From contig OZ244207.1 of NCBI GenBank assembly GCA_965216875.1, positions 6,208,001 through 6,272,000 of the forward strand: 64,000 bases of DNA, given 5' to 3'. Source of the stretch: Rubripirellula sp. (lineage in GTDB: Bacteria; Planctomycetota; Planctomycetia; Pirellulales; Pirellulaceae). Under the pieces are notes generated by a model. That model was not told the origin of the DNA and did not search any database. It saw nothing but the letters and a program-made list of their open reading frames with translations. A program made the translations under genes and the position numbers. Numbering within the stretch: the stretch's first letter is position 1; every line of letters starts with the position of its first letter. This document shows, in pieces, positions 50,336 to 64,000 of this stretch.

Positions 50336-51940
50336 TCAATCGAGCGCGTACGGTGGATGCTCAAAAATGATGTTGTCCGATACACGGGGGTCGCCAGTGC
50401 TCTTCAGCTCGGACATCAACCGTTTGTGAAGTGATGTCTTCACTTCGGCATGATCATCGTCGTCGGCGAGGTTTTTCATGCAGTGTGGGTCTCGTTTGAT
50501 GTCGTAAAGTTCAAACTCAGGTCGACGGCCCACTGCAAAATCGAACGAGATCGGATCCTCTTCACGGTGTTTGACGACCCAAGCTTTTGTCGGACTGGCG
50601 TCGAGGTCACCGAAGGCGGCAAAGGTGTTTTCGCGAAGCTTGACGAAGTCTGGCATCGCACTCGCTTGCGTTCCGAACCCTGGCCCCGTTCCCATCGGCC
50701 AACGATTGGGTTCGAAGTTAATGATGTAAAGGTATTGGTCGGTTCGAATTGCGCGTTGGGGGTAAGGTTTTTCTTTCGTGCGTGCCTTCGCAACATGACG
50801 TTCACGGCCGGTGAAAACAGCATCTCGTTTCGGATCGACCGTTCCCTGTTTGTTGCTCTTGAGAACATCGACAAGTGACCGAGCGATCATCGTGTCAGGC
50901 GAGTCGACACCAGCGATTTCAAGAAACGTCGGGGCAAGATCCGGCAATGAGACAAAATCATCGACCACACGACCGGGCGTCTTGATCCCACTGGGCCAGC
51001 GGATCGCAAGGGGCACTTGAGTGCCAAAGTCGTAGAGGTTGCACTTGCCTCGCGTGACTCCGGGGATTCCGTGATCGCCACTGACAACAAGGATCGTGTT
51101 CTCATAGGCTCCGATACGTTTGAGTTCTTCGATGATCACGCCGAGCCCCTCGTCAAACGCTCGCACTTCGCCCAAGTAGTCAGCAAAGTCTTCCCGGACG
51201 ATCGGAACATCGGGAAGAAACGGTGGCAGTTTACCTTTGAGGTCATCGGGGTCGATGTTCCAGAGTTTCTTACCACTCCCCGCGATCCATTTGCGATGCA
51301 CATTGGTTGGACCGAACCAATAACAGAACGGTTGGTCGCCATCGAGCTTGCCGTCGTTGTCGGCATCAAGGAACGAACGAATGTTGCCACGAACTTCATT
51401 GAGAAGCTGTTGTTTTCCTTTTTCTGGATCCTTCGCTTTCATTGCCGACTGCGAAAAACCATTGAACCGCCGGCCGGCGCTATTGAATGCTCGAGCCGCG
51501 CCACCGTGAGGTTCGTCCCTTGGCGAACCGGGACTCCAAACCTTGTAGGTGTGACCGATACGGTAACCATCTTCTTCCAGCAACAACGGGTAGCTGGGAA
51601 TGGAGCGATCCCAAATGGCGCCTTGCAGAATGGCCCCGCGCTCGCAGCGCCAAAAGTGTTGTCCGGAAAGGAGTGAACTGCGGCAGGGTGTGCACGACGG
51701 TGCGCTGACAAAGGCACGGGTAAACAAGACGCCTTCACCCGCGACCTTGTCAAAGTTGGGTGTGACGGCGACATCGTTGATACCGCCAGGTTCGAGTTGC
51801 CCGTAGACGCTGGCGTATTTGCCCCAGTCGTCGGCAAAGGCCATCACAATGTTGGTACGCTCGGCAGCTCTTGCGGATGCACAGCAGGTGACGGCAAACA
51901 GGCAAATCGAAAAGAGAAATCGATCGCAGTGGTGGGGCAT
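50336..51940 (-). CDS. Sulfatase (formylglycine-dependent S1)
   Basis: [29 protein letters not shown]. Confidence 0.94.
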   Translation of the reverse strand: MPHHCDRFLFSICLFAVTCCASARAAERTNIVMAFADDWGKYASVYGQLEPGGINDVAVTPNFDKVAGEGVLFTRAFVSAPSCTPCRSSLLSGQHFWRCERGAILQGAIWDRSIPSYPLLLEEDGYRIGHTYKVWSPGSPRDEPHGGAARAFNSAGRRFNGFSQSAMKAKDPEKGKQQLLNEVRGNIRSFLDADNDGKLDGDQPFCYWFGPTNVHRKWIAGSGKKLWNIDPDDLKGKLPPFLPDVPIVREDFADYLGEVRAFDEGLGVIIEELKRIGAYENTILVVSGDHGIPGVTRGKCNLYDFGTQVPLAIRWPSGIKTPGRVVDDFVSLPDLAPTFLEIAGVDSPDTMIARSLVDVLKSNKQGTVDPKRDAVFTGRERHVAKARTKEKPYPQRAIRTDQYLYIINFEPNRWPMGTGPGFGTQASAMPDFVKLRENTFAAFGDLDASPTKAWVVKHREEDPISFDFAVGRRPEFELYDIKRDPHCMKNLADDDDHAEVKTSLHKRLMSELKSTGDPRVSDNIIFEHPPYALD

Positions 51941-52139
51941 GGAAGCAGATCTGATGGAGGGAGGGGATTGGGAGGGAAGCGACAGTTTAGCTACTGGGAC
52001 TGGCGAAAGGTAATCTTCTTGGCAGACGGTATTGGCCCAGAATCCACTTCAAGTGTTGGACTGATTCCCAAGTTTGGTCTCGTCTGAGAGAATACGAACA
52101 GACAGAAACCTCGATCGAACACAGGTGGGTTGCCCCTCG

Positions 52140-52814
52140 ATGAACGACACAGAAGCCAGCGAAGAAAAACAAGGTCCCGTGCCTCTTTCGGAAAACGCAC
52201 GCCGCGTTTTGGGCGTCCTGGTCGAAAAGGCAAAGACGACTCCTGATAGCTACCCGTTGACGCTTGCAGGCATCGTGACGGGAAGCAACCAAAAATCGAA
52301 TCGGAATCCGAAACTTGACTTGGATGACGAGGACGCGCTCCTAGCACTAGATGAACTGCGTTCGGTTGGCGCGGCTCGTGAAGTCCAAGGGTCGGGACGG
52401 GCCACCAAGTACCGACATGCTGCCTATGAGTGGCTTGATGTCGATAGCCCAGGCGCCGCCGTGATGACGGAATTACTTTTGCGCGGACCGCAAACGATCG
52501 GCGAGATACGAACACGAGCATCGCGCATGTACGCGTTGGCCGATTTGCAAGCGGCCCAACAAGTGATCGACGAGCTGGTCGAAAAAGGGTTGGTCGAAGC
52601 CCTTTCCCCACCGGGACGCGGACAAACGTTCGCCCACACGTTGTACACGCCCAACGAACGCCAATACCTCGAGGCACGCGTTGAAAAGCAAGCCGCTGCC
52701 GCTCCGACGCCGAAGGTTTCGAAGACCGTCGTGGATCAGCTCATCGATCGTCTCGATGCCGTGACCGAGCGAATCGAAACGCTCGAAAAGCGGTTGGAAG
52801 ATCTGGAGAGCTAG
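52140..52814 (+). CDS. DUF480 (YceH) family protein
   Basis: RVLGVLVEK..TPDSYPLTL, NQKSNRNP, LLLRGPQTIGE. Confidence 0.9.
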   Translation: MNDTEASEEKQGPVPLSENARRVLGVLVEKAKTTPDSYPLTLAGIVTGSNQKSNRNPKLDLDDEDALLALDELRSVGAAREVQGSGRATKYRHAAYEWLDVDSPGAAVMTELLLRGPQTIGEIRTRASRMYALADLQAAQQVIDELVEKGLVEALSPPGRGQTFAHTLYTPNERQYLEARVEKQAAAAPTPKVSKTVVDQLIDRLDAVTERIETLEKRLEDLES

Positions 52815-52867
52815 GCGTCGTTCGTAGCACCCGGCTCGAGTGCCACAGATTGCCGCTAGGCTTCGAA

Positions 52868-52977
52868 AACACTCTCCCTTGGGAGAGTCGGGCTCTAAGG
52901 CCCGGAGAGGATTCGTCTATCTGGGGATCATCCCTCCCCGGACTTTGCGTCCGACCCGCCCGCTTGCGGGAGGGTGA
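52868..52977. repeat. REP family E, inverted copy
   Basis: Reverse-complement match to 49472-49576. Confidence 0.85.
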
Positions 52978-52990
52978 GTGACAGACCGTG

Positions 52991-56304
<3,314 letters not shown>

Positions 56305-56308
<4 letters not shown>

Positions 56309-57165
56309 TTCGCCTCCGGACGACGTGCCAAAAGGTCGACGAGATTGGTCAGGATTTCATCACGGTCGTTACCGGAGAGTCCGATTGCCAACTGCGCTTT
56401 CAAGACTCCGTATTTGACGCCAAGATTGCAGCGTCGTCCCTGAAGTTGACAAGCAAGGTAGCGCGATCGAGTTAGACACAGCGAAGCAGCATCAGAAAGG
56501 GTTGGCTTGGTTGCTTGCGGATTCTCAGTCCACTTGGCCAGTAGTTCTTCGATGGCCTGCATCATGTCGTCGGTCAGCACATGCATTCCAAAGAACCCCA
56601 GGTAGTGCCCTGCCCTCAAACCAGGTGTGACGAGTTCCTGTTCGGCAAGGGTTGGGGTTGGTTTTTCAACAACACGTTCAACTTCGTAAAGGCGTGAGTG
56701 TCTTGGAACATGTGGGCCGCTAACCACGCCGAAATAGGGCAAGTTGTTTTCGCGAGTCGATTCGACTGCAGACACATTGCACTGAAACTCTTCGGCAACT
56801 TGAATCAACTGCGTGGCACACGCGACATCGGTGTCGCTTAGATAAAGATGGTCACCGACTAGGTGCAAAAAGGCTTGCCCAGCCGTGAAGTCCCGCGCCC
56901 TGAAGATTGCATCGGCGTAGCCAAGCGGCTCAGGTTGCTCCACAAAATGAAGGCTGCCAATCTGATTGCCCGCCGCGGCTGCAAAGGCATCACGGTCACC
57001 GGGACGAATGACGACGCAGATTTCCTCGATCCCGGCTGCGACCGTCTCTTCGATCACCAATTGCAGAGCCGTTTTGTCCTCACCACTTCGGTCGACAAGT
57101 TGTTGAAGTGGTAGCCGGTTTTGTTTGGGTGCAGCGGCCGTGATGACCGCTTTGCTGACTTGCAT
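56305..57165 (-). CDS. GalU-like sugar-phosphate nucleotidyltransferase (degenerate N-terminal loop)
   Basis: KAVITAA, QPEPLGYADA, LVGDH, VVEKP. Confidence 0.8.
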
Positions 57166-57354
57166 GGTTACGGTGGTTGATGTCGATAGCTACGAAACGA
57201 AGACCGCTGGGCGATTTCCCCGATCTGTCACAGAATTGGCGCATGGCCAAGTGTTTCGATGCAGCTTAGTTGCTTACACCTCGTCCGAACGGGCTGGTCA
57301 ATTTGAACCTACCATCGCGGGGGGATAAAGCACAAATGGTGAGGGCTTTGACGA

Positions 57355-58614
57355 TTATGCCGACGCTCGTTTTCCCAGAACCAAGAAGGTCGGGTTCAGG
57401 GCATCAAACCGGACGCGGTCAAGTTGATGTTGTCCACGAGCAATGTTGATCATTCGGACGTCACTTCGCAGACCAGCTTGGTCGATGACCGATTGCACTG
57501 CGACCAAATTGTCGGGGCTCGAAACGTTGACCACAATCGATCCATTTTGGCTCAACCGGGACAGTGCGCCGCGTACCAGATCGGGTACGACTCGGCCGCT
57601 GCCGCCAACAAAGATCGAGTCGGGATCCGGCAGGTCGTTCCATGCGTCGGGAGCTTGGCCGTGAATCGGGACCAACGAAGGAACATCAAACATCTTCGCG
57701 TTTTCGATCATCAAGCCGTAATCTTCGGCGTCCATTTCGATCGCAAAGACCTTGCCGTCACTTGCAATGGACGCGGCTTCGATAGCGAGAGATCCACTAC
57801 CCGCACCGACGTCCCAAACGACACTCGATTTGGACAAGTTCATTTCCGCCAAAGCGATGCAACGAACTTCGCATGGCGTCAACAATCCACGTTTAGGACG
57901 CGACTGTAAAAAGAGATCGTCCGGGTTACCAAAGAGTCGTCGATTTTGACTTCCCGAGGGTTGATCGGCGGCGCCCTGCCTGCGAACCAACACCATCACG
58001 TTCATTGCCGAAAAGCTCTGATCACGAATCGATTGCAAATCACCCTGTGTGACCGTTTCGTCAGGCGTACCCAAGTTCTCGCAAACGTAAACGGTGAAAT
58101 AGTCGATGCGGCGATCCAGCAATGCTTCGGCGACAACCGATGGCGAGATCGATTCGGTGGTGAACAATCCAACGCGCTCGGCCGTCCGAATCTTGTCGAC
58201 AACACGATCAAGTGATTGCGTCGCCAGACTCGTCAAATAGGCGTCGTCCCAACTCTCTTTCACACGGGCAAACGCAAGCTGCATGCTGCTGACGTGCGGG
58301 ACGACTTCGAAGCGATCTTTGCCGAACGACTCAGTCAAAAAACGGGCGATGCCATAAAAGAGCGGGTCACCCCCGGCCAGCATGACGGTGGGGGCATCGG
58401 GCAGGTCGAGAAGCTTCTTTTGCAGCTCTTCCAAGTTGCTGCCCGTTTCGATTCGCTTGGCGTCCGACGTGGGTATTTTGTCAAGCAACGCAGCATTGCC
58501 AACCAACACACCTGCCGCGTCGATCAACTCGCGAGCGTAACCGGTCAGGCCATCCAGTCCATCGTCGCCAATTCCAACAATGTGTATGCGTGCAGTCAAC
58601 GAATTACTCTTCAA
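57355..58614 (-). CDS. cbiET: Bifunctional precorrin-6Y C5,15-methyltransferase (CbiE-CbiT / CobL)
   Basis: IVGIG, GDPLFYGI, VCENLG..E, WDVGAGSGS, FVGGSG. Confidence 0.92.
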   Translation of the reverse strand: MKSNSLTARIHIVGIGDDGLDGLTGYARELIDAAGVLVGNAALLDKIPTSDAKRIETGSNLEELQKKLLDLPDAPTVMLAGGDPLFYGIARFLTESFGKDRFEVVPHVSSMQLAFARVKESWDDAYLTSLATQSLDRVVDKIRTAERVGLFTTESISPSVVAEALLDRRIDYFTVYVCENLGTPDETVTQGDLQSIRDQSFSAMNVMVLVRRQGAADQPSGSQNRRLFGNPDDLFLQSRPKRGLLTPCEVRCIALAEMNLSKSSVVWDVGAGSGSLAIEAASIASDGKVFAIEMDAEDYGLMIENAKMFDVPSLVPIHGQAPDAWNDLPDPDSIFVGGSGRVVPDLVRGALSRLSQNGSIVVNVSSPDNLVAVQSVIDQAGLRSDVRMINIARGQHQLDRVRFDALNPTFLVLGKRASA

Positions 58615-58658
58615 TAGGTCTTAGGTGTCACGTTTGGCAGATTCAGAATCCGAGTTCG

Positions 58659-59264
58659 TCAACTCTTTGAAAGCCTGCGAACTTCTTTCAGGATCTCTTC
58701 GGCAGTGCTTCGACCGGCGTGACTTTCGCTAATCTTGGACCAACGCACACGGCCGTTCTTGTCAACAATAAAGGTTGCTGGATAGGCGGTCTCACTTCGC
58801 TTGTTCCAACGCAATCCCCAGTCGTCGACCATTTGCATGTCTTGGTCACGAACGACGACGAACGATTCGGGTAGCTTTCTGGATCCGACGAATCGCTTGG
58901 CGTTCTGTTTTAAGGTTGAGCCTTCACCGGGATACACAAAGACGACCCGATGTACATGTTCGCCAAGCACGCGAGCCCGATTGCGGAGCGTCGAAAGTTG
59001 CCGACTGCAATTGACGCATTGGTAATTCGGATAGCCGCGCAGAACGATGACGACCACAATCCCTTGATCGTATTCGTCGCTGAGCTGCAAAAAGGAGTCC
59101 TCTTGACCAACCACCGGCAGGTCAAAGTCAGGGACCTTTTCGCCAACCTTTGGCGCATTGGAAGGACCAGCGGCAAACGTCTGCTCGGTCGCGCTTGTCG
59201 CCAACCAGCAAACCGCTAATGCCAGAGTGAAACAACAAGGCAACGATTGAATTCGAATCATCAT
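58659..59264 (-). CDS. Exported redoxin (AhpC/TSA-like)
   Basis: Signal peptide, VGEKVPDFDLP, RG..CVNC, PATFIVDKNG. Confidence 0.85.
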   Translation of the reverse strand: MMIRIQSLPCCFTLALAVCWLATSATEQTFAAGPSNAPKVGEKVPDFDLPVVGQEDSFLQLSDEYDQGIVVVIVLRGYPNYQCVNCSRQLSTLRNRARVLGEHVHRVVFVYPGEGSTLKQNAKRFVGSRKLPESFVVVRDQDMQMVDDWGLRWNKRSETAYPATFIVDKNGRVRWSKISESHAGRSTAEEILKEVRRLSKS

Positions 59265-59273
59265 GTTCGTTTC

Positions 59274-60197
59274 TTACATCCCGCGTTTTTCTCGTTGTCG
59301 CCGACTGTAGCGTTCCAACGTTTTTCGTTCCGAAGAGGTCAGACTTTCTTCGCCTTCGCGATGGATCTTTTCCAAAATGCGATCAGCTTCGGCCGCGTCT
59401 TGTTCCAGTTTGCGATCAGGATCGTGAAGCTTCAATTTCATCCGTCGCGATCGTTGCCGCAAACGCTGGGGTATCTCCCCGATCGCGGCAAGGTTAAGCC
59501 AGCGAAGATTCCAACGCCTGAAGTAATACCCGAGCGCAAAGAATGCACCGGCAAGGTGGACGGTAAACGCCGTGTTGGATTCGATACCGATGCCGAATCC
59601 GAATGCACCACCCAGGTTCATCGCCACAAAGAAGACAGCCAAGACCCAGGCTTTCACCGGGAAGACGAACATCAACAGGATTTCGGCTTGCGGGTAGTAA
59701 CACGCAAACAGGATCGTCACGGCTACCACCGCACCGCTAGCTCCGACCGTGTAGGTCGGCGTTCCGGTCATGTTGACCGCGATCATGTTCGAAACGGCGC
59801 CAACGATCCCACCGAGCACAGTTGCTAGCAAATAGAACCGAAGGAATTCCATTCGGCCGAGTCGTTGTTCGATCGTTCGCCCGAAAAAGAACAGTCCAAT
59901 CATGTTGAAAAGCACATGGTTGATGCTGTTGATATCGTGCAGAAAGCCATACGTGAGGAACTGGAACCACATCCAGGGTCGCATCAACGTGTTGCCATCG
60001 ATCGCCAAATATTCGGCAAGATTGCTGATGAATAAGATGCCACTGCCGGTGTCGGCTGAGAGGCGGTCGACGAAGTAGACGACCACATTGATCACGATCA
60101 GGGTGATGGTGATACTGCGTGGCGCGCTCGATTGGCCGCCACTTGCCCAGGGCGGTCCTTCGTCGTCTCGTCCGTAGTCTCGGTCGTATAGCCCCAT
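59274..60197 (-). CDS. Rhomboid family intramembrane serine protease
   Basis: HVLFNM, VGASGAV, HLAGA; C-terminal DRILEKI..G..SLT domain. Confidence 0.93.
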   Translation of the reverse strand: MGLYDRDYGRDDEGPPWASGGQSSAPRSITITLIVINVVVYFVDRLSADTGSGILFISNLAEYLAIDGNTLMRPWMWFQFLTYGFLHDINSINHVLFNMIGLFFFGRTIEQRLGRMEFLRFYLLATVLGGIVGAVSNMIAVNMTGTPTYTVGASGAVVAVTILFACYYPQAEILLMFVFPVKAWVLAVFFVAMNLGGAFGFGIGIESNTAFTVHLAGAFFALGYYFRRWNLRWLNLAAIGEIPQRLRQRSRRMKLKLHDPDRKLEQDAAEADRILEKIHREGEESLTSSERKTLERYSRRQREKRGM

Positions 60198-60458
60198 GGA
60201 TGGTCTGTCTCTGAGAGGCGGCGGAAGTCGCGTAAAACAAATCGATCAGGAAAGATGCATCGTAGCAATCCATCCCCTTCGGCGTCGAGGCATTCCCAAA
60301 CGGTGGAGTCGGGTGTGCGCTTGCACGGACCTTTTTTCTCGTCCTAAGCCTCTTGGTGGGGCCCCACGCTAACGCGTACGCCTCAGGCCAAGTGGACGCG
60401 GAGCGTCCGAAGAGTGCGTTCCCACGCAGAGCGTGGGAACGAGGTCGAAAGGCGACAT

Positions 60459-61616
60459 TCAAAAGTCCGACTTGATCCAGCCGCCGCCGAGGACGCGTGT
60501 GCCGTCGTAGACCACCGCTGCTTGGCCGGGGGCTACGGCGTTTTGAGGCTCGTCGAATTCGACCGAGAACCGTTCCGGATCGTCGAGGTCGATCGTTACT
60601 TTGGCTGGTTTCGGCATCCCGTTGTAGCGGATCTGCACGGCAAGGCCTTCGCTGGGCAATTCCTCTGGTTCGACCAGCCAATTGGCTTCGTCTGCTTCCA
60701 AGCCATCGCGGCCGAGGGCCTCTTTGGGTCCGATGACGACCTGACGTGTTTCGGGCGCGATTCGAGTGACGAAAAAAGGCTCGCCCATGGCCACGCCGAG
60801 ACCTTTTCGTTGGCCGACGGTAAAAGCCTCGTAACCATCGTGTTGTCCGACGACTTCACCATCGACGGTCACGATCTCGCCTGCCGTCTCAGCGGACCGA
60901 TCGGGCTCGCGCGCTCGAACGAAGTCGCTGTGATGTCCCTGGGTGACGAAACAGATTTCTTGGCTGTCCTTTTTGCCGGCGACGCCGAGATTCAATTGTG
61001 CGGCGATCTCGCGGATGCGTGGTTTTTCGAACCCGCCGACTGGCAACAGCATCCGAGGCAAGCGGTCGCGCCGGATTCCGAACAGCGCGTACGATTGGTC
61101 CTTGTGCGAGTCGAATCCACGATGCAGCTGGCCGGCTTTCAGAGCATCCTCTTCGTTCAAGCTGGTGCGTGCGTAGTGACCTGTCGCGACGAATTCGGCA
61201 TCAATGTCATCGGCGTAATCGAAAAGACGCCCGAACTTGATCCAATGGTTGCATTTGACGCAGGGATTGGGCGTCCGGCCATTCAAATAGTCATCAACGA
61301 AATAGTCGACGATGCGACGAAAATCTTGCTGGAGATCGAGGGCGTAGAACGGGATTTTCATATTCGCGGCGACCCGTCGCGCATCGGCGGCATCCGAGGC
61401 GGTACAGCAGCCTTGCTTGTGATCAGCCCGCCCCTGGGCCAAACCACCCAAGACAGGTAGGCCGTCGGCCTTTCCCGGTTCGACCCGGCACTGCTGGCTC
61501 GACTCTTCGCCATGCCGCATGAAAACGCCGACAACTTCGTGCCCCGCCTCCAACAGCAGGTGCGCGGCGACACTCGAGTCGACGCCACCACTCATCGCTA
61601 GAACCACGCGTGCCAT
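60459..61616 (-). CDS. mnmA: tRNA 2-thiouridine(34) synthase MnmA
   Basis: AMSGGVDS, TPNPCVKCN, ATGHYA, KDQSY, DSQEICF, PGQAAV. Confidence 0.96.
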   Translation of the reverse strand: MARVVLAMSGGVDSSVAAHLLLEAGHEVVGVFMRHGEESSQQCRVEPGKADGLPVLGGLAQGRADHKQGCCTASDAADARRVAANMKIPFYALDLQQDFRRIVDYFVDDYLNGRTPNPCVKCNHWIKFGRLFDYADDIDAEFVATGHYARTSLNEEDALKAGQLHRGFDSHKDQSYALFGIRRDRLPRMLLPVGGFEKPRIREIAAQLNLGVAGKKDSQEICFVTQGHHSDFVRAREPDRSAETAGEIVTVDGEVVGQHDGYEAFTVGQRKGLGVAMGEPFFVTRIAPETRQVVIGPKEALGRDGLEADEANWLVEPEELPSEGLAVQIRYNGMPKPAKVTIDLDDPERFSVEFDEPQNAVAPGQAAVVYDGTRVLGGGWIKSDF

Positions 61617-61718
61617 GTATATTTCCTACAAAGTTCAATCGAAGGCGGGGCCGATCCCCTCTTCGCCTTCTTCACCACATCATACGCCCCCATCATAGGT
61701 TCGGAGCCGGAAACGAGA

Positions 61719-62820
61719 ATGGATGCTGAATTGGTCCAGCGCAGCGAAAAGATCCGTCAGCGCCTGAAACAACTCGGAGACTCTCTTTGACCACGCTGGC
61801 AAGCGTGATCAGATCAAGGCGATTGAGGCCCAAATGGGGGAATCCGGCTTCTGGGATGACAACGAAGCGGCTCAAAAGGTGATCTCCGAATTGAAGGGAC
61901 TGAAGGTCGTGGTTGGACCGCTCGATGAGCTGTCCAGTTCGGTCGAGGACTTCGAAGCGCTCTTTGAGATGGCTGATGAGGACGAATCGTTGGCCGAGGA
62001 AGTGACTTCGGAAGTCGGCCGCCTCGAAGGGATTCTGGACGATCTGGAACTCAAAGCTCTGCTGAACGGTCCCAACGATTCGGCTGGCGCGATCGTGTCG
62101 ATCAACGCCCGCGATGGGGGTACTGACGCCAACGACTGGGCCGACATGCTGCTGCGCATGTATTCGGCATGGGCCGTGGGCCAAGAGTACAAGATCGAAC
62201 TGATGGACGAACAGAAAAACGAAGAGGCGGGGATCAACCACGCCACGATCGCTGTTCGTGGACCGATGGCCTACGGCTACCTCAAAGGTGAGGAAGGCGT
62301 CCATCGGTTGGTGCGGATCAGCCCGTTCAACAGCGAAGGTAAACGACAAACGAGTTTTGCAGCTGTCACCGTCTCGCCCGAAATCGATGACTCGATCGAA
62401 GTCGATATCGAAAAGAAGGATGTTCGTGAGGACACCTATCGCGCGGGCGGTGCCGGTGGTCAACACGTCAACAAGACAGACAGTGCCATTCGTTTGACGC
62501 ACTTGCCAACCAATGTTGTCGTTCAGTGCCAAAACGAACGCAGCCAGCATCAAAACCGCGCAACGGCTTGGAAGATGTTGCGCGCCAAAATGGCGCGTTT
62601 GGAAGAAGAACGCCGCGAAGCGGAAGAGGCCAAGAAATATGGAACTCAACCGAAGACCGGTTTCGGAAGCCAAATTCGCAACTACTTCCTGCATCCTGAC
62701 CAACGGGTCAAAGATGCACGCACCGGACACTACGTCGGTAACTTCAACAGTGTCCTCGACGGAAGCGAGCTGCAAGGATTCTTTGACGCCTTCCTCCGCT
62801 GGAAAGCGGGCGAAGAATAG
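61719..62820 (+). CDS. prfB: Peptide chain release factor 2 with programmed +1 frameshift
   Basis: ATG 61719, in-frame CTT-TGA-C at 61785-61791; the +1 frame continues into an ORF with SPF and GGQ. Confidence 0.96.
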
Positions 62821-62825
62821 TTCTC

Positions 62826-62945
62826 GTGAGCCGAACGCGCTAGCGTCGGGCCTTACGCTCTTTGCGGATCTTCCAGGGCCCGACGCGGATGTCGCAGGAC
62901 CCGATGCGGATCTTCCAAGGCCCGACGCTAGCGCGTACGGCTCAC
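62826..62945. repeat. REP family C doublet with internal 21-bp tandem repeat (3 copies, 62864-62926)
   Basis: gtgagccgaacgcgctagcgtcgggcctt ... aggcccgacgctagcgcgtacggctcac; gcggatcttccagggcccgac-like units. Confidence 0.85.
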
Positions 62946-63009
62946 GTGCTCCGCAGTTTGTGGACGCTACTTTCGCGGAGCGAAAGGCGACACTTAAGGA
63001 GTCACAACG

Positions 63010-63549
63010 TTACTCGATGAAAGTTGGCGGCACGTGGTCGACCAGCCAGACACCGTTGTCGGACACAAAGAATTCAAATCCCTCTTGGTGCATTCGTCCG
63101 CTGTAGACTTTCAGCAGCACCGGTTTGCCGCGTCGGCTACCCACCGTTGTCGCAACTTCAACGTCGGGATGCAGATGAACGTGGTGACGTTGCATTTTTT
63201 TCAGTCCCTCGTTTCGGATGGCATCAACAAACCGCTCGGTGGTGCCGTGCCAGAGAAACTCAGGCGGCTCGGTTGGCAGGAGCTCAAGTTTAACCTCGAC
63301 CGAGTGCCCCTGGTTGGCTCGAATGAGCGTCCCGTCATCACTAAATGCGAAACGCTGTTTATCGTTTTCTCTCACGACCGTTTCCAGTTCTTCACGCGAA
63401 AGTGGTCGTTTGTTTTTGGCCAATGCGGCCAGGAGTTCTTCGACCGCGACCCATCCCGAATCATCCAACTCGATGCCAATCGTTTCAGGTTGGTGACGCA
63501 GGACGAGGCTGAGGAATTTGCTGGTCCGTTTCTGTTGTTTCTTTTCCAT
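63010..63549 (-). CDS. kptA: RNA 2'-phosphotransferase (Tpt1/KptA)
   Basis: SKFLSLVLRH, KQRF, IRANQGHS, WHGT, RHHVHL, NGVWL; start ATG 63549. Confidence 0.95.
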   Translation of the reverse strand: MEKKQQKRTSKFLSLVLRHQPETIGIELDDSGWVAVEELLAALAKNKRPLSREELETVVRENDKQRFAFSDDGTLIRANQGHSVEVKLELLPTEPPEFLWHGTTERFVDAIRNEGLKKMQRHHVHLHPDVEVATTVGSRRGKPVLLKVYSGRMHQEGFEFFVSDNGVWLVDHVPPTFIE

Positions 63550-63707
63550 GGAGTCGTTTTCTTTTTTCCTTCTGCTTTTCATTTGATTTGAAGGATCGAG
63601 ACACAAAAGTGCGTCCGGCGGTTCTCGGCAGCGGAAAAAAAAGTGACAATACGTATCGCAGTAGCAGGTTGTCACGAATACCCGGTTTCACGTTTGCCAG
63701 TGCGATT

Positions 63708-64000
63708 ATGCCTTCTATTTTCACCAAGATCATCGACCGCGAAATCCCGGCTGACATCGTTTACGAAGATGATGTTTGCTTGGCATTTCGTGACATCAAT
63801 CCCAAAGCACCGACGCACCTGTTGGTGATTCCCAAGAAAGAGATTGTGTCGTTGGCCGACCTCAGCGACGAAGATGAACAGATTGTTGGCCGCTGTGTCC
63901 TCGTGGCCTCTCGAGTTGCTGCCGACGAAGGCCTCGGCGATGGCTATCGACTGGTTTGCAATTGCGGCGACGATGGTGGCCAAGAAGTCCCGCACCTTCA
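63708..64000 (+). CDS. HIT family nucleotide-binding protein (3'-truncated by window edge)
   Basis: Translated by hand: MPSIFTKIIDREIPADIVYEDD..AFRDINPKAPTHLLVIPK..GGQEVPHL; missing from the ORF track because no stop lies in the window. Confidence 0.93.
   Translation, partial: MPSIFTKIIDREIPADIVYEDDVCLAFRDINPKAPTHLLVIPKKEIVSLADLSDEDEQIVGRCVLVASRVAADEGLGDGYRLVCNCGDDGGQEVPHL

Noticed and set aside
51335..51372. [11 protein letters not shown]-hand-like loop inside the sulfatase
   Set aside because: A single short motif, too little to support a claim without a structural model
61693..62775. 360-aa minus-strand ORF, and the similar 60414-61460 plus-strand ORF
   Set aside because: They are antisense to the well-supported prfB and mnmA genes and show no recognisable motifs
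62864..62926. Three 21-bp repeats as a possible mini-CRISPR
   Set aside because: They are directly tandem with no spacers, lie inside a REP doublet, and no cas genes are present
63672..63995. 107-aa minus-strand ORF at the window end
   Set aside because: Antisense to the HIT-family gene that starts at 63708

Overview
Bacterial chromosomal window, almost certainly from a Planctomycete (Pirellulaceae-like), judging from the DUF1501 and DUF1549/1553 genes, sulfatase, TIGR02996 protein and ECF sigma factor. It is mostly housekeeping: a dnaA-like gene, candidate oriC, dnaN, dciA-like, scpB, hemA, comEC, mnmA, frameshifted prfB, kptA, mrp/apbC and cbiET. It also holds a sugar-catabolism cluster interrupted by a REP-associated tyrosine transposase, and at least six intergenic REP-like repeat families. 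The most striking locus is a minus-strand operon (about 19.5-29.8 kb) of three divergent ClpA/B-type double-AAA+ ATPases followed by a TIGR02996-LRR protein. All three ATPases begin with tandem HicB-like segments. The first (clearly) and second (weakly) end in a domain that aligns by eye to the class-I release factor core of the PrfB in this same window but lacks the GGQ domain. This suggests a ribosome-targeted unfoldase or quality-control/defence complex. Other notable items are a histone H1-like Lys-rich protein, an ScpB with a ~90-residue acidic tail that may have its own internal start, a GHMP kinase-UDP-sugar pyrophosphorylase fusion, and a cargo gene nested inside a REP doublet. No rRNA, tRNA or CRISPR array was recognised. 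All family assignments come from motifs recognised by eye; no searches were run.
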